39,737 nucleotides of DNA from Octopus bimaculoides (Eukaryota), in the NCBI RefSeq assembly GCF_001194135.2, contig NC_068992.1:1066257-1105993 (forward strand). The letters run 5' to 3'. The first letter of the stretch is position 1. Each line of letters starts with the position of its first letter. The position numbers and the translations under genes are program-made. Shown piece by piece: positions 1-11,289 of the stretch. Below the pieces are notes generated by a model that saw only the letters and a program-made list of their open reading frames with translations, was not told where the DNA came from and did not search any database.

Positions 1-860
1 GAAGTTCCAGAGGAGTGCAATGTGATCATTTTCAAGTACTGGGGGTGGTTTGTGTTCCCACCAGTTTTTATCATGGGACAAGTCCAGGTTTTTGCATATT
101 ACCCAGTGAATATATTGTGCAGCTCTATCATGCCTGTTGAGATACTCTGTAGGCGCAAGCAGACTGCACATGGAGACAACATTATCGATGGTCTCATTTT
201 GTTGTTGGCATATACGACATAATGCGGAGCTGCCGTTCTTTAATATGTTGGCCTGGTAGTTCTTTGTAGGTAGGCATTGATCTTGGGCTGCTATGATAAA
301 CCCCTCTGTTTCTGATTTCAAACCAGAGGCCATTAACCATTGGTGGGTAAGGGCTTTATCAATATCTGCGTTATTCACTCTCTTTGGGTATTTGCCATTG
401 AGAGGTTTTCCATGCCATTTTTCAGTCATAATATCTAAGGCAGCAATTTTTGCACGGGTTTTCAAGCGCTTAGCTTTCTCTGCAGGTGTTTCTAGTTCAT
501 CTAATTCTTGAAGTTGTTGCAATTGGAATTCACTTAGATATTCCTTTGCCTGTTTTGTTACTGAGTAAGATGCTTTCTTGCTTTCATGTTTTAAGACAAG
601 TTTTAGCATCCAGTCCTCAGAGATTTTCAGATAGGTGTCTAGGCCAATTGTGGCTACCTTCATTGATAATGCCAGCTGTAGAAGTCCTCAGCCTCCCTCT
701 TTTCTTGGCAGATAAAGACGTTCTATATCTGCCTTAGGGTGGTGCATTCTATGCATTGTCAACAGTTTTCGTATTTTTCTGTCAACATTACATATTTCAG
801 TAATTGACCAGTTAACGATATTGAAACTGTAAGTCACCAGTTAACGATATTGAAACTGTA
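1..860 (-). mobile_element. 5'-truncated R4/Dong-clade non-LTR retrotransposon ORF fragment (post-RT region, zinc knuckle, start of restriction-like endonuclease); continues left of the window
   Basis: Manual translation of the minus strand gives VTYSFNIVNWSITEICNVDRKIRKLLTMHRMHHPKADIERLYLPRKEGG*GLLQL...KWHGKPLNGKYP...HQWLMASGLKSETEGFIIAAQDQCLPTKNYQANILKNGSSALCRICQQQNETIDNVVSMC...RHDRAAQYIHWVICK...WWEHKPPPVLENDHIALLWNF. One in-frame stop at 688-690, no frameshift. LYLPRxEGGRGL, AAQDQ, CxxC-ET-x-C and RHD-x-HW are typical of R4/Dong elements. Confidence 0.9.
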
Positions 861-1085
861 TTATTATTATTATTCAGTAGTTTTATTTTTATAACGTGCT
901 TTCACTTCACTACCGAGCGCAGCTCTGTGCGCCTTGGGTATGTGCTGTGGTTTGCTGTGGTGCTCTTATGTTTACTGTATTGAAAGTGTTTTGCGTAGGA
1001 TGTGTGCAGTACCCAGTAGTGCAATTTTCTGTATGTTATATATATTTGTAAGTCCTGCTATTTTTGTTATGTATTTGTCTGAATA

Positions 1086-1089
<4 letters not shown>
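861..1089 (-). mobile_element. Short Dong/R4 3'-end copy A (~215 bp body plus (TAA)n tail)
   Basis: Minus strand reads KYSDKYITKIAGLTNIYNIQKIALLGTAHILRKTLSIQ* (stop 972-974), then a ~97-nt 3' UTR ending ...AAAACTACTG and a (TAA)n tail at 861-874. QKxxLLGTAxILR is the usual C-terminus of R4/Dong ORFs. Near-identical copies at 39400-39614 and 39651-39737. Confidence 0.88.
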
Positions 1090-1121
<32 letters not shown>

Positions 1122-1300
1122 ATAGTCTAATTTTTATCACGTGCTTTCACTGTACTACTGGTCTTATCTCAGAAGTGGAATGTTCTGGTGGATAGTACTG
1201 TAGACCTATGTTTTTTTGGGGGTTGTGTTGTAGAGTAGAATATTGGGTGTATCTAAAGAGGTTTTGTTTTTTCAAATTCTTGTATATCTATTGCTTTGAC
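1090..1300 (-). mobile_element. Older, diverged Dong-like 3' end with (TAA)n tail
   Basis: (TTA)n at about 1087-1119 is followed by caatagtctaatttttatcacgtgctttcactgtactac, which aligns with the copy-A terminus cagtagttttatttttataacgtgctttcacttcactac. There is weak similarity to the LLGTAHIL-coding segment near 1230-1260. The right boundary is approximate. Confidence 0.55.
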
Positions 1301-1759
1301 ACGCTGTATTCCGTTTTCTGTTAACATTGATGGATTTTGAGCGCGTGTTTATGAACAGGTGTGAGAAGGAAAATGCTTATCAATGAACTTATGTACAACT
1401 TGAAGCTTGCCTCAACATTTAGCGTTGTTGCTTCTTGGTACGTTTATGAGTTTTTATGAAATCTCCTCTATGAAACATGTACCACGAATGTCATGCTTTT
1501 TACGAGGGCGAGTAGTCTATCGAATTTTCCTTCGTAGAGATCAATCTGGAGAACGTTATGCACACTCTCATATCTAGGATTTTAATTCCTGAATCCAGGT
1601 GTCATGTCACGGTGTTAATATAAGCGATTTTTTCAATACGCTAAGGCAAAGTTTTAGTAGGTGCTAACAATTTAATAGATTGACAAGTTGGAGAAGTTAA
1701 CACGCATTAGGTTTACTTTTATTAAGGAAAGATATTTAATATCATTCCTCAATATATCT

Positions 1760-2000
1760 AGGACGTATCGTTTGGCAAACCTAAATGTAGCCCATGTACC
1801 ATCCTTGAACAAAGGAAACACGGTTGAAGAAAACGTCTGATGCAGGACGTTCAATTAATATATCCGCTGAGTCGCAGATCTCGGCACTTTCAAATTAGAC
1901 TGCATCGTCTGATGAAAGCCAAGCAATTATCAGTCTCTTTAGGAAAGGTATCATGCGTTTGTAGATAGTAAAAACGTTTCGATCGGCCAGGTATTTCTTA
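1760..2000 (+). mobile_element. Highly decayed mariner-like transposase C-terminal relic
   Basis: agatctcggcactttcaaatta resembles SPDLAPSDY coding; ttt agg aaa ggt atc atg cgt ttg (FRKGIMRL) and cag gta ttt resemble the mariner C-terminus FYxxGIxxLxxRW...GxYF. No intact frame. Confidence 0.35.
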
Positions 2001-2878
2001 AAACCGCTATATATCAGATTTAACTTCATCGAAATAATGTTCAAGAAGAACTGAGATTGTTGTTGCTTTCAAACAAGACACTCTCAGTGTTTGCAGTGAA
2101 CTCACTGCTTAGATTTATTGAATTTCATTGCATTGAGACTTATTTCCTGATTAGCCTATTGGAGTGTTACCAAATTTTGTCATATGCAAGTTATAGCGCC
2201 ACAGGCCTTTGAGCACGAGCGTCGCTTCATTTGGTAGCTTGGTACTCTGTTGATTAGTTTAATTGCATTGCTAATATTAGATAATATACGAATCCTTTCA
2301 GCTGTTCAATTTACATTTACTCAACGCTATGATTATCTGAAATTTTCTCTGAATACTGAAAATAAGAATTTCTCTGCTGAATCATTAATCAGTCGTCTAA
2401 TATTATTTGTATCACGAATATTTATCTCACTAAACTTTGAAATCACTGAACTATTTGCTATACTAATAATAACAAATAACAAAATCGTATTCAAACTCAG
2501 AATAATAGAATGATTCTCGTAGACTTTCCAAAAGGAAATTATATTGAAATTATACCTTACCACTCAGTTCATGGTGGTTTATTTTTGAACAGATGGATAA
2601 GGTTGGTAATAGGACTATTATCATTTGCAATTCTACAATCTTGCAATGTATACGAGGACTAAAATTTCCCCCGGAGATTGTGTTGCAAAGACTCTTGCAA
2701 ATAACGCTGACAAAATTTTAAATAATTCATTGTATCTAATATTTATATATTTATTAGCATAAATTATAAATTCTAACACATTCCCTGCAACCAGAAATTG
2801 ATTCGACAGTATTATTATCAGAATTATATATAATACTTATTCCGACAATATATGTGTGCCTTTGCGCGGTATGTGTGT

Positions 2879-2973
2879 TGATATATATATATCTATATAT
2901 ATATATATGTGTGTGGGGGGGGGTTGGGGGTGTTATATACATGTATGCATGCAAATATATCTATATATGTATA

Positions 2974-3035
<62 letters not shown>

Positions 3036-3200
3036 TTTGAATATACATAAATATATGCACCAATATGTATATGATTTTACATGTATATATCTATTTCTAT
3101 GCATATATATATATATTCATGTATGTATATATGTCTGTTTACGTGTGAATGTGTGTACGAGTGTGTGTTTGTGTGTGTAAGTCTATGTGTGTGAATGTGT
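2879..3200. repeat. Compound (TA)n/(TG)n microsatellite
   Basis: Direct reading; long pure (TA)n run at about 2977-3028. Confidence 0.95.
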
Positions 3201-3631
3201 GTAAGTGCGTGTATATTAGAGAATTGCTGTTTGGATGGAAAGAGAAGAATGGTCAACCAATATTAGAACTTAGAAATCCGTGGAAATCCATGAAAATCCA
3301 TGTGTATCCATATTGGAAACAGGTGTTAAATATAATTTGTTCACTGATTTCCGTTATTATGTACAATGGAATAATTTGCAGAGAGCATATCCGAGAGGAG
3401 AATAAAATAGGCAATTATATTTTCCATTTTATTATACTATCGTAAATCAAATGATCCTTATATGGGTTTCGGTTTGCGTATACTAGCGCAGCTACAGTTA
3501 CGTAAACGATTGTATCACGAATTTCAACCTGTAAACCTTCAAAAGAAAATAATAATGTTATCTATTATCATCTACGAAAGTCGGTCGGTTGACAATTCAA
3601 AATAAGAACCTTTTATAAAGCTTAGGAGAAC

Positions 3632-3634
<3 letters not shown>

Positions 3635-3683
<49 letters not shown>

Positions 3684-3693
3684 AATACATACC

Positions 3694-3734
<41 letters not shown>
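3635..3734. repeat. (TA)n-(TG)n microsatellite
   Basis: Direct reading. Confidence 0.95.
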
Positions 3735-3735
<1 letters not shown>

Positions 3736-3782
3736 AAGATGCGTGGCTTAGTGATTAGGATATTCGGCTCACAGATGTAAGA
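3735..3782 (+). mobile_element. tRNA-like SINE head fragment
   Basis: gcgtggcttagtgattaggatattcggctcac has a box-A-like TGGCTTAGTG motif and stops before box B. Confidence 0.4.
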
Positions 3783-3980
3783 GAACATTATTTTTGTTTG
3801 TGGTTGGGTCGTTGATCACCTATTTCTAACATATTGGATGTCCACCCGGTGACCATCCGTTATACACGTTGAAATATTTAATTCATTGCTTAATATTAAG
3901 CACGTATCTAGTAACAAAGCCGTATACAACAACACAATAAAGAGAAAATGAAACATGTAAACAACCTATAAAATTACTTA

Positions 3981-4150
3981 ATGTTTGTCATAAGCCAGCA
4001 ATATTGACGGAGGGATAATTCGATAACTTTGACCGCATTTCTCAACTTATACTCATTTCATCGATCCCAAAATGATGAAAGGCAGAGTCGATTCGAGTGG
4101 AATTTGAACACAGAACCTAAAAACGTTCTAACGATTCCGTCAGCTCGCCG
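3981..4150 (-). mobile_element. tRNA-derived SINE, decayed with head deletion
   Basis: Reverse complement: ggcgagctgacggaatcgttag...gttcaaattcc...gactctgcctttcatcattttgggatcgatgaaatgagta...gctggcttatgacaaac. It matches the head, core and tail of the better copies at 17335-17953 and 21460-21685. Confidence 0.8.
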
Positions 4151-4779
4151 TCTTTAACAATACGAATATATCCAAATAAACATGTTCGTATTTATTTGTA
4201 TATCTCTTAAGGAAATTGTTTCAGATTGGCAATATTAGAACGAACAATTTAAAATAAAGAAAAATTAGAAAGAAAAAGAAAAAAAAAACGAGAAAAACGT
4301 TTCCTCTATCGTACCGAAAATCCTATGCAGCCGTAAACAGCGAGCAGCCTCTATGAACTTGTCACGCAGATTTTAGTTTGCTTGTACCACTCTCCTTCAA
4401 AGAAAATACTAACATACAGGTGAAGAAAGGTCATATAGTAATAGGAAATAGAGGGGCAGAGTGTATCGATGTAGATTGTATTTATTCAGTACGGTGGTTA
4501 ATTACGAATATGTAAGGTATTGGATAAAACAGCTGAGGCATTCTTTTCATGTAAATATAAACTGTTTGGTTTTTGAGTGAAGAATGAACTTAAACACAAG
4601 GATTGTTTATTTACCTTTGAGATATCGGTGTAGATAGGTAGATAGCTATAGACGTATGAAAAGGTATATATGAGTATACATGTATACAGACACACACGCA
4701 TACACATGTAGATATATGTATATATATATGCATGGATAGATGGGAAAAAACTATATGCGTACACACATACATAAACATA

Positions 4780-4802
4780 TATACAAATATATATATATAT
4801 AT

Positions 4803-4846
<44 letters not shown>

Positions 4847-4859
4847 ATATTGTTGCAAA

Positions 4860-4910
<51 letters not shown>

Positions 4911-4935
4911 AGTATATATATATATACAAGTATAT
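4780..4935. repeat. (TA)n microsatellite cluster
   Basis: Direct reading. Confidence 0.95.
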
Positions 4936-5272
4936 ATGTACACATGCTTGTGGATCCATTTGTATCTCGTCAAACCTATTGCACCATATACTAATTACTC
5001 ACGCAGTGTTTATGCACATTTCTCAAATCTTGCATTGTTCGTAAAACAGGTTATTTGGTAGATTTGCATTGATCTCTCCGCCTCAGCGAAATGACATATC
5101 TTAGATAAAAGACATTCTAGACGGTTTGACATTTTTCGACTTATGTTTACCACAAAACTTTTCTTTTCGTATCTAATAACATAATACTGGCTGCATATAC
5201 AGAGTGTGATAGCCAAAAATCTGCCATGACAGCGTACGTTGCATTTTAACTAAGAAAGTTTATGTATATTTT

Positions 5273-5450
5273 GTTCTTTTATTCTTTTATTCTTTTACTT
5301 GTTTCAGTCATTTGACTCCGGCCATGCTGGAGCAACGCCTTAAAGGGTTTCTTTTACTCGATGTATTCGACTCCAGGACATATTCTTTATAACCCTAGTG
5401 CTTTCACTATCTGTCTCGTTTGGTGCAGCTCTAACTTAGGGTATAGGACC
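5273..5450 (-). mobile_element. SINE 3' half with a distinct tail (…gctccagcatggccggagtcaaatgactgaaacaagt(AAAAGAAT)n)
   Basis: The tail ends in tandem attctttt repeats at 5273-5297. The body resembles a very common octopus SINE (recall, not searched). Confidence 0.7.
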
Positions 5451-5460
5451 CCCTCCCCCG

Positions 5461-5725
5461 CTGGTCGTTGTCATGCACTTTGTTTGGTACATGTTTATAC
5501 CATTTCTTCTTAGTTTTTATGTTGTAGTATTGACTTAATGTCCAGTGGATATAGCTGCTTAATCAGTCATGTTTCACTGTGCTTGTTCCACGTTCTGCAT
5601 TTAGTGCTAGTTCCTGTTTTCATTATTCTGCTTTCATAGATGTTCGTGGTCATGCATTGGTCTTGTGCCTTCTCTTTCTCCTTTTAATGCAGAGCTTTTT
5701 GGTCATTGCTGGCTTTTACGTAGAC
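5461..5725 (-). mobile_element. Decayed R4/Dong-type ORF fragment of a second lineage
   Basis: Minus strand gives AQDQCMTTNIYESRIMKTGTSTKCRT.. and HD*LSSYIHWTLSQYYNIKTKKKWYKHVPNKVHDNDQ, collinear with AQDQCLPTKNYQANILKNGSSALCRIC and HDRAAQYIHWVICKNLDLSHDKNWWEHKPPPVLENDH at 1-300. An internal deletion removes the ETxxH..C part. Confidence 0.8.
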
Positions 5726-6337
5726 TCACTTCTCCGTCGAGATATAAATTGTACAAGCAAGATTTTTTGAGTGTGTTTTGCCTTCAACACAATAAAATAT
5801 GCAAAAAAACAACAAAACAATTCTTATACAGAACAGTAGAAATAACATCAATAACAGTAGTTACATGTCTCAAGAGCAGCACGGGTCTAGGTAATGGAGA
5901 TGTTCGAATGCGTCTGCTCGTGTCTCACATCAGAGACCACCGAAAACTGTATTTGAATTGAGCTTGTTTCTTAACTTTGGGAGAGGAAACAAATTATAAC
6001 AACAACAAGAACGCATCTTCAAACAGAGTGAATATTGGAAGGTAGCGGGGAATTTTAGTTCCATATTGGTTTAAATACAGGTATTCCAAACAATTACAAT
6101 GCCCTATTGGAAGTTCCATTTTCCCAGTAGCGCTAACATATATATGCAGGAAACTGATTTTAGTGAGTGTGTGTGTGGGGGGGGGGGTCCATGCGTGCAA
6201 ATGTGTGCGTGCATGTGTGTGTGTCGGGGCGAGTTCTAATAATTTTTTTACGGAGTATGCGAGAAGTTAATAGCAATTCTACGTTTTTGTTTCTTACGCT
6301 TAAATAGCATTCGATTTACGTTATGGTTTTATTGCAG

Positions 6338-6401
6338 GAGCAAAATGAAATGGTTTACTTAATAATAAACACACAAAATTTACATTGGGAATCATTAGCA
6401 G
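6338..6401 (+). CDS. Candidate internal exon (phase 0 to 1): EQNEMVYLIINTQNLHWESLA; unidentified protein
   Basis: Acceptor ttatggttttattgcag, donor cag|gtaggt, only one of three frames open. No homology recognised. Confidence 0.35.
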
Positions 6402-8837
6402 GTAGGTTAGGTAATAAAACATAATGTTCTAAACTACATAGGCCATTAAAGTTGGATTTATGTTTATATTTAGAAGAAAATTAAATATTATTTAATTAGA
6501 TTACCTCAATTCCGTAGAAAAAATGAATAACTGGGACCATGAACGTGATTTATTTGAAATTACAAATGTAAAAACGAAACAAATGCATGAATTTTTCACT
6601 ATTTTTGTTTTATACGTTGTATTTTTACATTGAGTAGAGATTTACAATCGCACTTTAACTTTCAAGGAAAAGAAATTTAATTAAATTATGTGGAATTATA
6701 TTTCGCAGGTCTAATGAATATGTTTCTAATATTTTAATCCATTGTTTTAAAATGGAAAATATAATTCGTTTAGAAATGTAACAAAAATTAAAATAAATAA
6801 CAACAAAATCTCCTAACATTTGATCAACTTTTATTTACGTCAAACTTAATCTGATGTCGCGGATAATACCTTTGTATAAAAAAAAAATATGTAGTTAAAT
6901 AAAAATTGTTAAAATATTCACGTGATTCTCGCGAAAGAAAAACAAATAATTGTACATTAAATGCTGCGTTAGCTCATATCTTTTGAATTATTTCAAACCT
7001 GGAAATGAAAATTAAAATATATTAAACTAAAGAAATTATGTATACAGAAAGATATGAAATAAAATGTAATATTTACATATTTTATCTAAAGTGGTAGCTG
7101 TACATTTGAATACGTTTGGAAATAATTCATTTTCTATATGTAACGACTACTCTCGTTTTGGTGAATAAATCGAAAAGAAGTAATTTCATGATGCTGGTTT
7201 GTTAATAATCAGAGATCACTTTCAGAGTGCATGGTTTAAGGGGGTTAGAATTTAGTTAAGAACGTTGGGATTGAAAAGTCTGTTCTTCGTCAACTATGAT
7301 GTATGAAATAGACAAAATTAACTATGATAGAAATATTTCGTTTTCTATGTAACATTTTTCAATGACGAAGTAGTATTCTTACAGCGTACGTCTGATGCTT
7401 TAGAGGGATTTTGTGACATAGGGAAACAATCCTTCATTAGAGGTAATATCATTCTTAAAAACATGTACTTCTTAGGAAACATAAATCACTTAAAGAGACG
7501 ATGGGAGGATTCTATTGGTATTCCTTTTACGTTTTTGGATTCTGATATGATTATACTTTACGTCTGAAAGTTTTTGAAGGTAAAAAGAGTAAACGTCGTT
7601 ATCTGCAATGCTGCACAGGTTTTGCGAGAAGTTTAAATAAAGAGAGTAGAGACTCATGCTTCTCCCAATAATATACGTTCTCATGAAATAGAAATGTTTC
7701 TTATCCTGAACGAAGATAAAACACATATGCTGATGCCTATAAAATATTATAGGCCCATCGACAACCAATAAAGTAACATCCCAATTTACTGTATGTGGAA
7801 GTATATTTGGTAAAATGTTAAGCCCCATACATATATGATTCCCTCAAAAGATGCCCTTTCAATATTTATAATGTCGCATAGTTTTATATAGGTTTGCTTG
7901 TTAGCGTCTTAATATTACATTACCTTCTTTCCTCACAATGTTAAACGACCTACAAATAAGAACGTTAACTTGAAATTTATGAAGCGTGTCCCACACATTC
8001 TATCGTAGTTAAGGAATTATTGGAGTTTTGCATCTAATACGCTTGTTAATTATTTCTTTCTAAATTATTAGATGGAATTTTTTCAAATTCTTTAATTAAT
8101 ATAATTTTTTCATTTCTTGAATTATGATTTCCAAAACAATTTTTCTTAGAATTTTGAAATAAATTTCAACTCGAATTTAATTTTAATTAATCAATATTCA
8201 AATAATTTTTAATTTTTAAATTTCCTCTTGTAAAAAAAAACGTTACCTTTAAACAGTGTATGGTTTGTCACTGCGTTGTCATGATCTCTTTTCCATAAAT
8301 CCACATTTAAAAACGTATCCGGAGTTGATTATGATTTAGTACTAGAAAATCTAACTTCAAAATACATTTCCATAAACATTGTATCTCAGAATAAAACAAA
8401 GCAATTACACATAATCCCTTCAAACACTATACTACATATGAAATTCATAGAAGTAAATAAATGCATCAATAATAAACAAAAAGGCCACAATAAGAATGTG
8501 TACTAACGGTATATAACATTTTAAGCTCTGTTCAATATATTTAAAACACATTAATCATAAACACGAATCTATTGTTTAATACACCACAACTCACAAGTCC
8601 AGATATGTAAACATATGTAAACTTTTCTCATTTCGTTTATATTTTTCTATGATTGACTGACACAACACAGGTACATATTGGAAGACGGAGTGTATTTACT
8701 TAATGACATCGTTACTAGTTCATCCTTTCCATGGCAAACACGCGTACGACACTTGCAATCAAGAATGTCCCTCGTGTTGTTTTGATTGTTAGTCTCGTGA
8801 TTTATTTATCGCAACTAGTATGATATGATAGAATATG

Positions 8838-8839
<2 letters not shown>

Positions 8840-8884
<45 letters not shown>

Positions 8885-8962
8885 ATGCATATACAGTCAT
8901 ACGTATGACTGTGTGTGTACGTGAGTGTACATGTATATGTACACGCATGCACACAAACACGC

Positions 8963-8994
<32 letters not shown>

Positions 8995-9006
8995 ATTTAT
9001 ATTTTA

Positions 9007-9044
<38 letters not shown>

Positions 9045-9077
9045 AGTCAGTAAATGTTGGGGTCGTGTTATATATAT
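8840..9077. repeat. (TA)n/(TG)n microsatellites flanking a gap
   Basis: Direct reading. Confidence 0.9.
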
Positions 9078-9491
9078 NNNNNNNNNNNNNNNNNNNNNNN
9101 NNNNNNNNNNNNNNNNNNNNNNNNNNNNNNNNNNNNNNNNNNNNNNNNNNNNNNNNNNNNNNNNNNNNNNNNNNNNNNNNNNNNNNNNNNNNNNNNNNNN
9201 NNNNNNNNNNNNNNNNNNNNNNNNNNNNNNNNNNNNNNNNNNNNNNNNNNNNNNNNNNNNNNNNNNNNNNNNNNNNNNNNNNNNNNNNNNNNNNNNNNNN
9301 NNNNNNNNNNNNNNNNNNNNNNNNNNNNNNNNNNNNNNNNNNNNNNNNNNNNNNNNNNNNNNNNNNNNNNNNNNNNNNNNNNNNNNNNNNNNNNNNNNNN
9401 NNNNNNNNNNNNNNNNNNNNNNNNNNNNNNNNNNNNNNNNNNNNNNNNNNNNNNNNNNNNNNNNNNNNNNNNNNNNNNNNNNNNNNNNNNN
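9078..9491. other. Assembly gap (N run)
   Basis: N characters, flanked by (TA)n. Confidence 1.
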
Positions 9492-9492
9492 N

Positions 9493-9528
<36 letters not shown>

Positions 9529-9686
9529 TATATATACATATATATGTATATATATATATAGATATATATATATAGATATATATACATATATATGTATATA
9601 TATATATATATATGAGTGTGTGTGTGTGTGTGAGAGACAGAGAGAGGAAGAGAGAGAGAGGGAGAGAGATAGAGAGAGAGAGAGAG
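9492..9686. repeat. (TA)n-(TG)n-(GA)n compound microsatellite
   Basis: Direct reading. Confidence 0.95.
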
Positions 9687-10542
9687 TATGTATCTTTTTA
9701 AGTATTATGTCTGATTTACAGAAATACGCACACTTTTATCTCTTGAACTATGATGATTTGAATTCTTCACAGTCCTTCCGAAACATGACTTCAAATGTTG
9801 AGTTCAGTCAGTGATTCGCCATAACATTGCTCTTGCAATCATCTGTTTACTATGACTTTAGTTTTTGCTTTAAATATATTTATTCCATTTAATATTTAAT
9901 TACGTAGCTATATTTAGCCATCTTACTTACACAGAATCATCAGTTAGTCTACAAGTGTTGTAACCTTTGTCTGTTTATAAATATAGGATAACTCATGAAG
10001 TTAGTACAATCATTTCTATCTCGACGTCATTCTGTTTGTATTGATTTATCTCGAATCTAATATGACATTTCACATCCATTTGGGAAAACAAACTGTGGCA
10101 TTAATATCAAGAGTAACGAACACAGCATAACACAAGTGGCAACATTAATGATATAAGTGATAAATATTAGAAATAATAGCAAGAAGCAGCTGCAGTAACA
10201 TAGCAGAAACAACGCCGGCAGCAGCTGTAGCGGCGGTAGTAGTGATCTTGCTATTATTAGATTGGTAGTAGAGGAGAACGAAATGGAGAGGCAGTAATGA
10301 AAAAATGATAACAATCCTAGTACGAAATGGATGGGTTGTCTCCACTTCGATGAATTTTCATCAACTTCTGTTCTAAAATATTCTAAAACATTTTACATGA
10401 AATCTTTTCTTAAACGACGACAGCTAAATCAATTAAATACAATTTGATAGCTTCAAATAAATGCAATAAAAAAAGGATTCAAAATTCTAAACCATTCCAA
10501 TAAACCAGTTTATTAAGCTCTCTACAGTTACTGAGATTTCCC

Positions 10543-10671
10543 TTGTTGTTGTTGTTCTTCTTCTTCTGTCTTTTCTTCTTCTTCTGTTTTTTCTTCTTCT
10601 TCTGTTTTTTCTTCTTCTTCTTCTTCTTCTTCTTCTTCTTCTTCTTCTTCTTCTTCAACTTCTTCTTTCTT

Positions 10672-10702
<31 letters not shown>

Positions 10703-10830
10703 GTCTTTTCTTCTTTTTCTTTTATTTTCTTTTGTTGTTGTTGTTGTTGTTGTTCTTGTTCTTCTTTTTTTTCTTAGTATTCTTCTTCTTCTTTCTCTCT
10801 CCTCCTCTTCCTCCGCTCCTCCTCTTTTGT
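10543..10830. repeat. (CTT)n/(GTT)n/(CCT)n trinucleotide tract
   Basis: Long cttcttctt runs with interruptions; source of the poly-F/L ORF. Confidence 0.95.
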
Positions 10831-11289
10831 GTTTTGTTTCACTTGCTATAACCCCTTTCGTGACCTCTGACACATGCATAACACTCTATGTAGATTAATT
10901 TAAATATTAAAACATATACAATACTTTATGCGATTCATTTATGAAAGATAACGGTACGATAACAAGTGATAAAATTAAGTAGGGTTAATTTAAAATATCT
11001 CAACAGCTTAGCACTTAAGTATACACCAAACAACATAATCTATTTTAAAAGATATTAGAATATATATCCGTATGTATTTCTAGATAGAGCTATCTCAGCG
11101 TTACATGTGTTACATTAACAATAATTAAATATGTCTATAACACTCTTTGATTGTATAGATAACACACAAGTGCTCAAATCTAAGAGTCTGGAGTTTCATA
11201 CAAATATATATAATATATGGCGCTCCACCGTTGTTTTGTATTACGCTTGTTTACAGTCAAATATGAAAAGACCTCTGTTTGGAGAAACT

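Noticed and set aside
22-737. Plus-strand ORFs 22-222, 293-511 and 486-737
   Set aside because: They are antisense shadows of the minus-strand Dong ORF, which the track missed because it runs off the window edge.
3220-3322. Open segment ELLFGWKEKNGQPILELRNPWKSMK resembling the calpain LRNPWG motif
   Set aside because: Gly after NPW and the following W-x-G-x-W motif are missing, there is no upstream HAY motif, and the splice sites are weak; probably chance.
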